Assembly: GCA_949372805.1 (NCBI GenBank)
Contig: CASIBH010000002.1
Location: forward strand, 6,123 to 70,122
DNA from: an uncultured Flavobacteriales bacterium
GTDB lineage: Bacteria > Bacteroidota > Bacteroidia > Flavobacteriales > BACL11
Direction of reading: 5' to 3'
Length of the DNA: 64,000 bases
Shown: positions 10,814 through 21,486 of the stretch, one piece after another
Position numbering within the stretch: position 1 is the stretch's first letter
How the letters are laid out: every line of letters begins with the position of its first letter
Made by a program: the position numbers and the translations under genes
The notes under the pieces: generated by a model
Told to the model about the DNA's origin: nothing
Databases searched by the model: none
Seen by the model: only the letters and a program-made list of their open reading frames with translations

Positions 10814-12323
10814 TTTTTTTTTAAGAAATAGAATTTAAGGAATGCATTAGCAGATTTTGCTAGTGCATTCTTTTTTTCATCCTTCATTTTGTCAAACATA
10901 TTAATCATAAATTTCATTCGTATATTTTTCTTAAATACCTCTCTATGATTATTTATAAATCTCCAGTATAGACCATCCCAAATATTCGTCCATTCCCCCT
11001 TGGTATTAAAGTCACTCATTTTCTTAATTATAGTTGCTTGAGCTTATGTATGGTTTTGTAGACATAATACCACCGTCCGAGAATTGACTCATTCCGTACA
11101 CATTTGGAACCATTACCCAGTCATAAGAATCTATAAATAATTCCATAAACCACATATATACTTCATCAGGGTCAAAACTCACATAGGAGCATGAAATTAC
11201 CTAATACCATTAACCTTTCAATGTGATGACAATAACTCTTATCTAATGTTTTTTTCAATAGCGGTTGTCTACAGGTAATATTCCAGTAGTTGCATTGTAA
11301 AATGATTTAGGAATCTTTCTTTTAAAGCCAAAGAAATTATTTTTTTCTTTCAAATGATCCTTTAAATATATAAATACCTCTAATAAATTCTCTCCACCCA
11401 ATTATTTGTCTTATAAAACCCTCAAGAGAATTAATAGGAACAAGATTTGAAAACTTTAGTGATTCATTAACTACAACATCAGGTGTTAATAGGCCAGTAT
11501 TTAAAAGAGGGGAAATTTAAACTGTGATTAAGAAATATTTCTTTTTCTACAATTGCATCTTCATAGACGCCAAATTCTGAAAATCTATTTTCTAAAAATT
11601 CCTTCAACCATTCTTTTGCTTGAGTAAATGAAGTTGGATATTGTGGGATTTCAGGAATTCTACCAGGGTTGTCTTTTAAAATGAAGTTTAATATAAGATA
11701 CTGCTTCTGTAAAGTATTTATCAGCTTGTAATTCTTTTATTTTTGGAGGGATTTTATTTTTGGGATATTTTTTTCTATTTTCTGAATCAAATGTCCATTT
11801 TCCACCTTCAGGTTTTCCATCTTTATCAATTAATATTCCATGTTTTTTTCTCTGCTCAGTGTTAAAATGATGAATGTAAAAATTTACTTTTATTATTTCC
11901 AAAAAATTTATCAATCTCAGCAGTAGAATTAAGAAACATTGGACTTTCAAGAATTTCTATTTCAATATTATTTTGATTAGAATAATTATGAATTCTAGAA
12001 TCAAGATAATTATCTTACACAGTTAATGTAAATGATATTATTAAACTTTTCTTTTTTTAAATTTATAATTAAATTTCTTACATCACTAAGTTTAGTTTTT
12101 ATTTTCAATATATGTGATATCTATATCTTTTTCTTTTAAAAAATTCATAGTAGAATTTCATCGAAGAGCGATGCATAATTAGTTTTTGGACATGAAACTT
12201 ATATTGACTAAAAAAAAGGGGCTCTTCAATTAAAAAAAACTCACCTTTTTTTTCTAGTAATGGATTTATCTCAAATAATTGATGTGGGAAAATTAAAATT
12301 GCTGTTTTAGTATCTTTATTCAT
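10807..12323 (-). CDS. Cryptochrome/photolyase family, bacterial (6-4) photolyase type (PhrB/CryB/PromaPL-like, COG3046); frameshifted in this sequence
   Basis: N-terminal LIFPHQLF...EE.LFF....FH.QKL..HR.SM; P.GGKWTFD.ENRK; [17 protein letters not shown]; [28 protein letters not shown]; C-terminal WDGLYWRF. Several indels, e.g. an extra T in gagttttgac near 11175. Confidence 0.85.
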
Positions 12324-13422
12324 TTAATCTAGATTTTTTAAGTTCCTTTTTTAGCTTTATTCCAATATTTAAAAAATGAAGTATAATTACCTTTAACATT
12401 TGTTAGCCAATCTCTACTTTTCTCTATTTCCAGTGTAGTGTGAGTTTAAAGGATGTTCTTTGTAGTAAATATTATTATTAATTATAAGTTTTGTAAGCTC
12501 AGTATATTCGCCAGTAAAAATTTGAATATTTTCTATGTTTTTTGATAGCTCTAGCATAAAATCCATACATTTTTTGCTTATGGGATGTTTTTCAAAAATA
12601 CTTGGCTCAATAATTAGTATTCTATTTGCTTTGTTCACAGTCCTCCACAATGGGTCAAGATTATAATAATTATAAACACAAGTTTGAATATTTGGATTAA
12701 TAATTAATTTATCACTTTTTGGTAAAATTGTTTTTTTCATCAAATAAAATTCTTTCCTCTAGTTCATTGGGAACAGACATATCTGTTATTTTTTCATAGC
12801 TATGATCTAAAAATGTATTTCTTTGATTTGAATAAGTATATTTATTAATATTTTCTTGATTGGCATAGTACTTTTTATTGCTATTTGCTCCAGCAACCCA
12901 CTGCCAGGCTTAATGAATTAGATGCTAAATCTCCATCAAGAAGATAATAATACATCCATTTAGCTGGATTTCTCCAGTTACTTTTGGAAATATTACAACA
13001 AATTGAAGCTATATACATTCTTAAATGATTATGTATGTATCCCGTTTCATATAAACCATTAATTACACGATCAATGATTTCAATTCCTGACTTTGCTTTA
13101 GTAATATTTAAAGAGATTTCATTATTACTTGTATCTGGTTGAAGTCTTTTTAAATCTGTATTGATATCATTTGCCTAACCATAATAATTGCCAATAATCT
13201 CTCCATGCAAGCTCCTGCACAAACTTTTCTATTTCACTTAAATCATATCCTTTTTTAATACAGATATCGTATATTAATTTTGTTGAAATAACTCCTCCTT
13301 GAAATATATGGAGATAAGTAGGTTACATCGCCATCTATAAAGTTTCTGTTTTTACAATACTTTTTAGGTGAAATGTTTTCTACTCTCTTAATGATATCTT
13401 TGTAATTAGTAGGGAAATTCAT
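12324..13422 (-). CDS. Short photolyase with N-terminal FAD-binding domain (NewPHL/SPL-like); frameshifted in this sequence
   Basis: Manual translation from ATG 13422: MNFPTNYKDII...KTRNFIDGDVTYLSPYI..GVIST...FVQELAWRDYWQ...LYETGYIHNHLRMYIAS...LLDGDLASN...WQWVAG, followed by the small C-terminal domain (ORF 12414-12743). The stop at 12324 abuts the next ATG. Confidence 0.8.
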
Positions 13423-13502
13423 CTATGTATAATTTAGTGCTTTAAAAAGTTATACAAATTTAAATAATCTATATTTGAAATGTTATTTTTATAAAATAAA
13501 AT

Positions 13503-14526
13503 TTGAAAAATTTAATATTAATCCTATTGTTATTACCAATTTTTTGCTTTTCTCAGCAAACTATTTATTCTAATGTTAATCATAATGGTATTTCTAGAGA
13601 TTATATTCTATATGTACCTCAATCATATGATTCTAATGTTAAAATTCCTTTAGTTTTTTCGCTTCATGGTAAATCTTTAACTAACGTTATAAATATGAAT
13701 ATTACAAATTTTAATGATATTGCTGATACAGCAAATTTTATTGTTGTTTACCCTCAGGGAGAATTAGATGTTTCTTTAACTACTGGCTGGAATGTTGGTT
13801 GGTCCTTCTCAAGTGGGGCTGATGATATTGGATTTATTGATACTATTTTAGAAATTATTTCTTTTCAATATAATATTGATCTAGAAAGAGTTTATAGTAC
13901 AGGTTTTTCAAATGGTGGCTTTATGAGTTACTTACTTGCTTGTCAATTAAGTGATAAGATTGCTGCAATTGCTTCTGTAGCAGGAACTATGACAAATGAC
14001 ACCTACAATAATTGTAATCCAATTCATCCAACTCCTATACTACAAATTCATGGTACAAATGATCTTGTTGTTCCTTACAGCGGTGATCAATCGAAGAAAT
14101 CCGTTGATGTTATTTTAGAATTTTGGAGAAATTATAATAATTGTTCTCTCAATCCAATTATCTCTAATCTTGCAGATATATATATTCTTGATCTGTCCAC
14201 TGTAGATCATTTTTTATTTGAAAATGGAGATAACGGAGTAACAACAGAGCACTTGAAAATTAATAATGGAGGTCATGAATGGCCTGGTTCTTGGGGGTAA
14301 TATGGATATTGACGCTAGTATTGAGATTTGGAACTTTTTCTCTCGATATAATATAAATGGACTGATCTCTAATGTTTCCTCATTATCCATTGATCAGAAC
14401 TTTCAAAATAGATCTCTTATTAATATTTTGGATTTAAATGGTAAAATCACTTCTTCTGATGAAAATAAGCCATTATTTTATTTGTATAGTGATGGGTCAA
14501 TAGAAAAGAAAATTATTATTAAATGA
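13503..14526 (+). CDS. Secreted PHB-depolymerase/LpqC-like alpha/beta esterase with short C-terminal tail; one indel near 14295
   Basis: PLVFSLHG, FIVVYPQG, GFSNGG nucleophile elbow, IHGTND, GGHEWPG. Removing one G from TGGGGGTAA joins ORF 14266-14526 (W-G-N-M-D-I-D-A-S). Confidence 0.85.
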
Positions 14527-14939
14527 TTAAACAACTTATAATTTTAAATATAATATTTTTACTTTTCCGTAATTTTGGATGTAATAAAACATTTACTGAA
14601 AACTGTATGACTGATAGATATTACTCTTCTTCCTTTCACAAATATAATAATGGTTATAGATATACTCAAAGAGAAATTTCTACCAATTTTTCTGAAGAAG
14701 ATTTTAATCAATTATTTAAAGAATCTAATCTTAGTTGTAAAGAAATTCTTACAAAATATTTTTATTGTAATATATGTTTTAACTCTGCTCAAGAACATAT
14801 AATTTCCTATAATGGAAATAAAATAATACTTGATTCTACAAATAGTGTTATTGACTTTACAGAAAATATATTATCAATTATTGCTAATATGCAAACAGGG
14901 GCCCTAGAGTATGATGATTTTAATAGTATTAATCCATAG
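14523..14939 (+). CDS. Hypothetical exported protein
   Basis: 138-aa ORF with hydrophobic N-terminus; overlaps the stop of the upstream gene; several Cys including YCNICF. Confidence 0.6.
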   Translation: MIKQLIILNIIFLLFRNFGCNKTFTENCMTDRYYSSSFHKYNNGYRYTQREISTNFSEEDFNQLFKESNLSCKEILTKYFYCNICFNSAQEHIISYNGNKIILDSTNSVIDFTENILSIIANMQTGALEYDDFNSINP

Positions 14940-15000
14940 ATTATTTTAATTAAATTATATTTTTGTCTATAATAAATAATCAAATTAAATACATATAAAA

Positions 15001-15531
15001 ATGAAAAAAAATATTTTATTATTATCAATTATTACAATTCTATTCTCATGTGGGAATGAAGTGCAAATGGAAGTTGGGGAGACGCCAAAAAATATTATTG
15101 GCTATGAAGTTAGTGATGCAGGGGAGAAAATATCTCTTTACAGTGGAGACATGTCTACTGTTGAAGTATGGGAAAATTATTTAACTGCACATAATGCTGC
15201 GGACCTTGACGCTATTAAGCTTTTAAATGCTGAAGACATTAAAGTTTGGGCCCCAAAGGGTGAGTATATTAATGGGTCTGATGCTCATATTGAATTTCTT
15301 ACTGCTTGGTTTACAAATAACACTCCAAAATGGAAAACTAAATATATGATTGCCAATGAAGTTACAAAGGGTGATGTTTTAGAGCAGTGGGTTACTTCTG
15401 GTCATGATTTAACTTTAAATGTAGAAGGAGACGTGATTAATGTTTTTCAAGTTCATGACGCATTAATTGTTGACGGTAAAGTTCAAAAATTTTATGTCAA
15501 TGAAAGAGTTGTTTTAGATTCTAAAGAGTAG
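15001..15531 (+). CDS. NTF2-like lipoprotein
   Basis: Lipobox LFSC; W..Y..AHN..D...I......D..V..P.G..I.G...H..FL..WF pattern. Confidence 0.7.
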   Translation: MKKNILLLSIITILFSCGNEVQMEVGETPKNIIGYEVSDAGEKISLYSGDMSTVEVWENYLTAHNAADLDAIKLLNAEDIKVWAPKGEYINGSDAHIEFLTAWFTNNTPKWKTKYMIANEVTKGDVLEQWVTSGHDLTLNVEGDVINVFQVHDALIVDGKVQKFYVNERVVLDSKE

Positions 15532-15553
15532 TAAATACATTAAGTTATTATAG

Positions 15554-15589
15554 AAACCTTGTAAGTATATACTTACAAGGTTTTTTTTT
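15554..15589 (+). terminator. Intrinsic terminator
   Basis: AAACCTTGTAAGTA-TA-TACTTACAAGGTTT followed by a T-run. Confidence 0.8.
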
Positions 15590-15618
15590 AAACATTCACA
15601 AATATATTTTTTAAAGCT

Positions 15619-15626
15619 TAAATTTG
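15619..15626 (+). promoter_or_regulatory. Bacteroidota -7 element
   Basis: TAAATTTG ending 24 nt before the 1417-aa gene. Confidence 0.55.
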
Positions 15627-15649
15627 TATATTAAAATTTTATACTAAAT

Positions 15650-18600
15650 ATGAAAAAATATACCTTCTTTCTTCTTGCATTTCTTTCTTTTACAATAATC
15701 TTTCATACAACAGTCTGTGCCAGAGTTATAAATATTCAAATCAACACTTTATCTAATGGGTCTGAAATAAGCTGGGACCTTTCCGATTCCTCTTCAATCA
15801 TTTTAATTTCTGGTGGTTCTTATGTTTCTGACACAACATATAATAACTATATTGATCTTTCAAATGGTTGCTATGATTTAAATATGTATGATTCATTTGG
15901 AGATGGATGGAACGGTGGTAATTATTCTATTATAGATTCTTTAACAAGTAATGTATTATATTCTGGAGGTCTATTAAATGGATCTTTTGGATCTGATCCT
16001 CTTTGTTTTGGTCCTTCTGGATGTACTGACCCTAATGCAACAAACTTTGATACCAACGCAATTGTAGATGACGGTTCTTGTACATATTTTACATGTACTG
16101 ATCTTGTTTTAACTATGAATGATTCATATGGTGATGGGTGGAATGGAAATGATTTTTCATTGTTTGATTCAAATGGAAATTTATATTTTACATCAACTCT
16201 AAATAATGGTTCTTTTGGTCTTGACTATGTATGTTTACCAGATGATTGTTATAGTGTAACCTGTAATGGTGGTTCTTGGCAAAATGAAGTTTCTTGGACT
16301 CTTGCAGATACAAACGGGATTGTTTTGCTTTCTGGCGGAGCTCCATTTAGTGGCTCAATATGTTTTCCAACGATTTATGGTTGTACAAATCCTCTTGCTA
16401 ATAATTTTGATTCTTTAGCTAATGTCGACGATGGTTCATGTCTTTTTGACTGTATTGACTCAGATACTTCTGAGAGTTTTGAATCTGGTCAGGGATTTAC
16501 ATGGATGTTAGATCCAAATAATACTGTTGATTGGACTAATCGCTCTGGTGGGACTCCATCTAATTCAACAGGTCCTTCATCAGCTTTTGATGGTTCATTT
16601 TATATGTATACTGAAACTTCACCTACAAGCTCATGGAATAAAGATGCTATTATGTATGTTCCCTGTATTGATGTAAGCGCTTGGACTCAATTAACATTTG
16701 TATTTGCATACCATATGTATGGGTCAGATATTGGTGATTTAAGTATTGATGTTTCATCTGATAGTGGAGCGACTTGGACTCAAGAGTGGACTCTAAGTAG
16801 TAATCAAGGAGATCAGTGGTTTGAAGCATTCGTTGATTTAAGTACTTATTCAGGATCTATTTCTGTTAGAGTGCATGCTGAAACAGGGACTGGGTTTAGA
16901 TCAGATATTGCTATTGATTACTTACGTTTTATGGAAGCCCCAGCTTTTGGTTGTACTGATACCTTAGCATTAAATTATGATACATTAGCAAATTATGATG
17001 ATGGTTCATGTTTGTACCAAACAGGGTGTACTAATCCACTGGCAGATAATTATAATTCTTCTGCAATAATTGATGATGGATCATGTTTATATGGCTGTAT
17101 TATTGCTGATACCTCTGAGAGCTTTGAATCTGGTCAAGGGATCACATGGGAATTAGATCCTAATAATACAGTTGATTGGACAAACCAAAGTGGTGGAACA
17201 CCTTCATTTAACACAGGCCCCTCAGCAGCTTTTGATGGCTCTTATTACATGTATACTGAGGCTTCATCTGGAAATGATAATAAAGAGGCTATTATGTATG
17301 TCTCATGCGTTGATCCTCTTGCATGGAATCAATTATCTTTTGTTTTAGCTTATCATATGCGCGGTACAAATATGGGCTCCTTAACTGTTGATGTTTCAAC
17401 AGATAGTGGAACTACCTGGATTCAGGAATGGACTATTTCAGGAAGTCAGGGTAACCAGTGGAATGAAGTACAAATAGATTTAGGTGCTTACACCCAAGAT
17501 ATATCAGTAAGAGTTCATGCTCAGACAGGTAATGGTTATAGTTCAGATATTGCTATTGATCTTCTTAGATTTGAAGAATACCCTGTTTCTGGATGTATTG
17601 ATCCAACAGCTTCTAATTTTGATCCCTTGGCAACAATTGATGATGGTTCTTGTTTGTATAATGGATGTACTGATGTTTATGCTGCTAACTATTGTAGTGG
17701 TTGTAATGTTACCGATAACACATTATGTATATATTATTTGTGTAGTGGTCTTAATTTTACAGATAATTTTGAAGGAAATAGTTTGTCTTCAAATGGATGG
17801 ACTGCATTTTCTGGGTCTTCAGCTTCTGTTACGCTAACAAGCTCAAATTCTATAGCTGATAGTGTAAGTGTAGAATTTGAAGGGGGCTCTGGAGGTACAT
17901 GGTCGGGCTATCAAACGGAATCAGATGCCTATGCCAACACATTACATATTGCTTCAGTATCAAAATGTATTGATTTTACTACAATAGGAAATAATGATTC
18001 TATAGCCCTAACTTTTGAAACGAAAATGTATTCTGGCTTTTTAAGTGAGTATTCTTGGATAAGAGTAAAAGTTGACGGTAATGTTATCTCTGATAATTTA
18101 GGGAATACTTCATATAATAATTTAACCCTTCCAATAGATACTTCTGTTGATAATACACTTTTAGTTTATGATCTAACTGCATTTGCAGGTGGGGATCATT
18201 ATATAACTTTTGAATCTGTAAATAAATATGGTGCCGGCTCTGGGTCATTAAATAATGTCTGGATAGATAATGTAAATTTTGCAATCAATTTAATTAGTGG
18301 ATGTATAGATACAAGTGCTGTTAATTATAATTCATTAGCACAGGTTGATGATGGATCTTGTTTATATACATGCTTTAATAATTCAATTTACTATTCAATA
18401 GAAACTGATTTAAATCCTTTAGAGTGCTCATGGGATATATCTGATATTTCAGGTAATATTCTTTTTTCATATGGTAATTATTCTGCTCCACAAACAATTG
18501 AAAATGATTCTTTTTGTATTGTAGATGGTTGTTATATATTAAATCTTTATGACTCTGCTGGTAATGGTTGGGGCTCAGGAAATTTCGGAAGTGTTTCTTT

Positions 18601-19903
18601 ATTTGATAGTATTGGAACAATCCTTGCAAATGGAACATTAAATAATGGCTCTAACTCAACTTTTGGTTTTAATATAGGAAGTTGTAATCTTCAAAACCCT
18701 GGCTGTACAGATAGTCTGTCATCCAATTATAATTTATTAGCTGATATTGATAATGGTAGTTGCTGTATTGATGGATGCATGGACTTAGCATCCGTAAATT
18801 ATGATTCTTTGGCTACATGTGATGATGGTTCTTGCTTACCATTCATTTTTGGATGTACAGATGCAAATGCATTAAACTATTATCCTGGTGCCAATGCTGA
18901 TGACGGTTCATGTATTTATGCTGGATGTACTGATTCAAGTGCAAATAATTATAACCCTAATGCATCTATTGATGATGGTTCATGTACTTACTCTCAATCA
19001 TGTTCATCACCTAAACCTTCAGGTCTTAATGCTTATGATATAATTGATACTAGAGCCAAAATATCTTGGGATAATATGAATGATTCTTCATGTTTAGTAT
19101 TAAAATATTTTGTAAGATACAGAGAGGTTGGAACTAATTCGTGGACTACAAAATCTGCTGGTGTGGGTAATGGATTATGTGTGTTTGGTCTAAATACTGT
19201 GGAAAAACAACTTCTAAATTTAAGTGCAAATACTTTATATGAGTTTAAGATGAAAGCGTTCTATTGTGGTGGAACTTCATCTAATTATTCTTCTCCTGTT
19301 CAGTTTTTAACTTTAGATGATTGTCCAGAAATGACAAACCTTTCTGCTCAAACTTTTAATAATAATCTAAACAAGGCTAGGTTTTCTTGGGATACAACTG
19401 GTTCATATGTTTTTGCACGAATTATTTTAAGAGTAGATACTGTTGGTTCTCAGTGGCAAACTGCTGGAGGTTTTGGAGTTTATTTCCCTACTTTTAATGT
19501 TAATAAATTTGGTTTAAGTTCAGGAGAGTCATACAGAGCGCAGGGGAGAACATTTTGTAATTCAAATATAACAGCATACAGATCTCCTACTTGGACAACA
19601 CCAATTTTCTGGACACAGCCCGGAAGTATTAAGTTAATCGGAGGTGATATTATAAATAACTTAAACGTTTATCCAAACCCTTCTTCTGGTAAATTCAGTG
19701 TATCATTTATAAGTGAAAAATTACAATCTTTAGAAGTTTCAATTTCAGATGTTATGGGCAAGATTATTTATAAGGAAGTTAGAGAAATTTTCGTGGGAGA
19801 ATATATTAAGACTATTGAAATTAATGATCATAGTAAGGGGCTGTACTTTTTAGAAATTAAAAATGATATAGGAGTTATTAATAAGAAAATTATTGTTCAG
19901 TAA
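15650..19903 (+). CDS. Large T9SS type A cargo, adhesin-like: DSxGDGWNG modules, two MAM domains, jelly-roll module, 11 GCxD linkers, FN3-like cassette, CTD
   Basis: Signal peptide; MAM motifs TPS..TGP..A.DG..YMYTE, F.YHM.G..G.L, QG..W, SDIAID; C-terminal VYPNPS...GLYFLEI...KKIIVQ. Confidence 0.9.
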   Translation: MKKYTFFLLAFLSFTIIFHTTVCARVINIQINTLSNGSEISWDLSDSSSIILISGGSYVSDTTYNNYIDLSNGCYDLNMYDSFGDGWNGGNYSIIDSLTSNVLYSGGLLNGSFGSDPLCFGPSGCTDPNATNFDTNAIVDDGSCTYFTCTDLVLTMNDSYGDGWNGNDFSLFDSNGNLYFTSTLNNGSFGLDYVCLPDDCYSVTCNGGSWQNEVSWTLADTNGIVLLSGGAPFSGSICFPTIYGCTNPLANNFDSLANVDDGSCLFDCIDSDTSESFESGQGFTWMLDPNNTVDWTNRSGGTPSNSTGPSSAFDGSFYMYTETSPTSSWNKDAIMYVPCIDVSAWTQLTFVFAYHMYGSDIGDLSIDVSSDSGATWTQEWTLSSNQGDQWFEAFVDLSTYSGSISVRVHAETGTGFRSDIAIDYLRFMEAPAFGCTDTLALNYDTLANYDDGSCLYQTGCTNPLADNYNSSAIIDDGSCLYGCIIADTSESFESGQGITWELDPNNTVDWTNQSGGTPSFNTGPSAAFDGSYYMYTEASSGNDNKEAIMYVSCVDPLAWNQLSFVLAYHMRGTNMGSLTVDVSTDSGTTWIQEWTISGSQGNQWNEVQIDLGAYTQDISVRVHAQTGNGYSSDIAIDLLRFEEYPVSGCIDPTASNFDPLATIDDGSCLYNGCTDVYAANYCSGCNVTDNTLCIYYLCSGLNFTDNFEGNSLSSNGWTAFSGSSASVTLTSSNSIADSVSVEFEGGSGGTWSGYQTESDAYANTLHIASVSKCIDFTTIGNNDSIALTFETKMYSGFLSEYSWIRVKVDGNVISDNLGNTSYNNLTLPIDTSVDNTLLVYDLTAFAGGDHYITFESVNKYGAGSGSLNNVWIDNVNFAINLISGCIDTSAVNYNSLAQVDDGSCLYTCFNNSIYYSIETDLNPLECSWDISDISGNILFSYGNYSAPQTIENDSFCIVDGCYILNLYDSAGNGWGSGNFGSVSLFDSIGTILANGTLNNGSNSTFGFNIGSCNLQNPGCTDSLSSNYNLLADIDNGSCCIDGCMDLASVNYDSLATCDDGSCLPFIFGCTDANALNYYPGANADDGSCIYAGCTDSSANNYNPNASIDDGSCTYSQSCSSPKPSGLNAYDIIDTRAKISWDNMNDSSCLVLKYFVRYREVGTNSWTTKSAGVGNGLCVFGLNTVEKQLLNLSANTLYEFKMKAFYCGGTSSNYSSPVQFLTLDDCPEMTNLSAQTFNNNLNKARFSWDTTGSYVFARIILRVDTVGSQWQTAGGFGVYFPTFNVNKFGLSSGESYRAQGRTFCNSNITAYRSPTWTTPIFWTQPGSIKLIGGDIINNLNVYPNPSSGKFSVSFISEKLQSLEVSISDVMGKIIYKEVREIFVGEYIKTIEINDHSKGLYFLEIKNDIGVINKKIIVQ

Positions 19904-20012
19904 AAGTTAATTTACTTTTGGATCAATAAGATTTACTATTTGCTGCTAATCTGATTTATTATTTGATGTAAAAAAAAATTGTATATTTATTAAATATTAA
20001 AAACTAAATCTA

Positions 20013-21461
20013 ATGAAAAAAATATTATTTGTAATTGCTTGTTTTTTAATCTCTTATAGCTCTAGTGCTACCCATTTAATGGGCGGTCAGATATCTACTT
20101 CTTATATTAGTTCAGATTCCTCTGGAGCGTCCTTATATACTGTAGAATTAGATTTATATAGAGATACTATTGGCGTTGATGTTGATCTAAATCAAGATCT
20201 TGATATCTATCAATTAGATCCTTTTACAGGTATTTACAGTCTTTTATATTCTATGTCTCCAGATTTTGACACTACAACTGGTGGTCTTGTTAATTCCATC
20301 TCTGTTTATGGAGTTGAGGTGTATAGATTTGTTGACACTCTTTCATTTGCTTCAGATGGTTATTATAAAATTGAATGGACTCAGTGTTGTAGAAATTTTG
20401 CAATTGTTAATATGTCTAGTCCTGGAGCGGAATATATGGATTTATCAACATATGTAAATGTTGATAGTGCCGATCCTAACTCTTCACCTTTATTTTTAAC
20501 TCCTCCTGTTGCTTATTTACCTATAACACAACTTTGGAACTACAATCCACTCCCTTTTGATCCCGATGGAGATTCTTTGTCATGGTCGTTAGTTGATCCT
20601 TTAAGTAGTGGTGTGTCTGTTATGGGGTATGAATCATTATCTGATACGCTATTATATTCTGATCCAGCTGGAGTCTTTTCTTTAGACTCTGTTACTGGCG
20701 AGATTTCATGGCAAGCAACAATGGTTGGTAATTTTGTTATTTCTCTAATAATTGAAGAATTTAGAAATGGAATTAAAATTGGAGAAATGAGAAGAGATAT
20801 GCAGTTTATAACTGTTGTGCCAGATTCTAGTTCTATGCCACAATTTTCTTACATTCAAAATCTTCCTGCCAATTCTGCTGGCTATCCCTATGTAAAGCTT
20901 CTTTATGGCCAAAATTATCAATTAGATTTGATAGGAAGTGATAATGATCCTGGAGATATTTTAACTATGGAAGCATATGGAGAATCTTTTGGTTTAAATA
21001 ACTCATCTTCTTTATTTAATAGTTTCCCTTATGGAAGTGGTAATGATATAATGGGAATGTTTAATTGGTCTCCTGATTTCTCTCATGTAAGGCCAGAGCC
21101 TTATATTAATGTCTTTAGAGTATCTGATGGTTTATTTACTTTTGATGCTACAATACAGTTTGAAGTTGTTTCTTCACTAAGTTCTTTAAATGAATTTGAA
21201 GGAGTTACTGTTAATGATATATATCCCAACCCTTCAAATGGAAACTTTATTTTATCTCTAAACCTTGATAAACCCCAAGAAATATATGTTGAAATATACA
21301 ATTTGCTTGGGCTGGAAGTCTCTAAACAAAAAATAAATTTATCTTCCGGGAACCATATATTATCTAGAAACAATCATCTTTCTAGTGGTCAGTATATAGT
21401 CAATATTTTAAATAATAGAGGGGTATCAATTACATCTAAAAAGTTAATTGTTACTAATTAG
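20013..21461 (+). CDS. T9SS type A cargo of unknown function (ATHxMGG.I N-terminal family)
   Basis: Signal peptide; ATHLMGGQI, CCRN, NSSP.F..PP, DPDGDSL and RRDMQF motifs; IYPNPS...GQY...KKLIV CTD. Confidence 0.8.
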   Translation: MKKILFVIACFLISYSSSATHLMGGQISTSYISSDSSGASLYTVELDLYRDTIGVDVDLNQDLDIYQLDPFTGIYSLLYSMSPDFDTTTGGLVNSISVYGVEVYRFVDTLSFASDGYYKIEWTQCCRNFAIVNMSSPGAEYMDLSTYVNVDSADPNSSPLFLTPPVAYLPITQLWNYNPLPFDPDGDSLSWSLVDPLSSGVSVMGYESLSDTLLYSDPAGVFSLDSVTGEISWQATMVGNFVISLIIEEFRNGIKIGEMRRDMQFITVVPDSSSMPQFSYIQNLPANSAGYPYVKLLYGQNYQLDLIGSDNDPGDILTMEAYGESFGLNNSSSLFNSFPYGSGNDIMGMFNWSPDFSHVRPEPYINVFRVSDGLFTFDATIQFEVVSSLSSLNEFEGVTVNDIYPNPSNGNFILSLNLDKPQEIYVEIYNLLGLEVSKQKINLSSGNHILSRNNHLSSGQYIVNILNNRGVSITSKKLIVTN

Positions 21462-21486
21462 AAAAACTCTTTTTCATTTTTAATTT

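Noticed and set aside
9371-13422. Fragments called as separate small genes or pseudogenes
   Set aside because: They join colinearly into three intact-looking genes. The damage is indels with preserved motifs, as expected from sequencing error.
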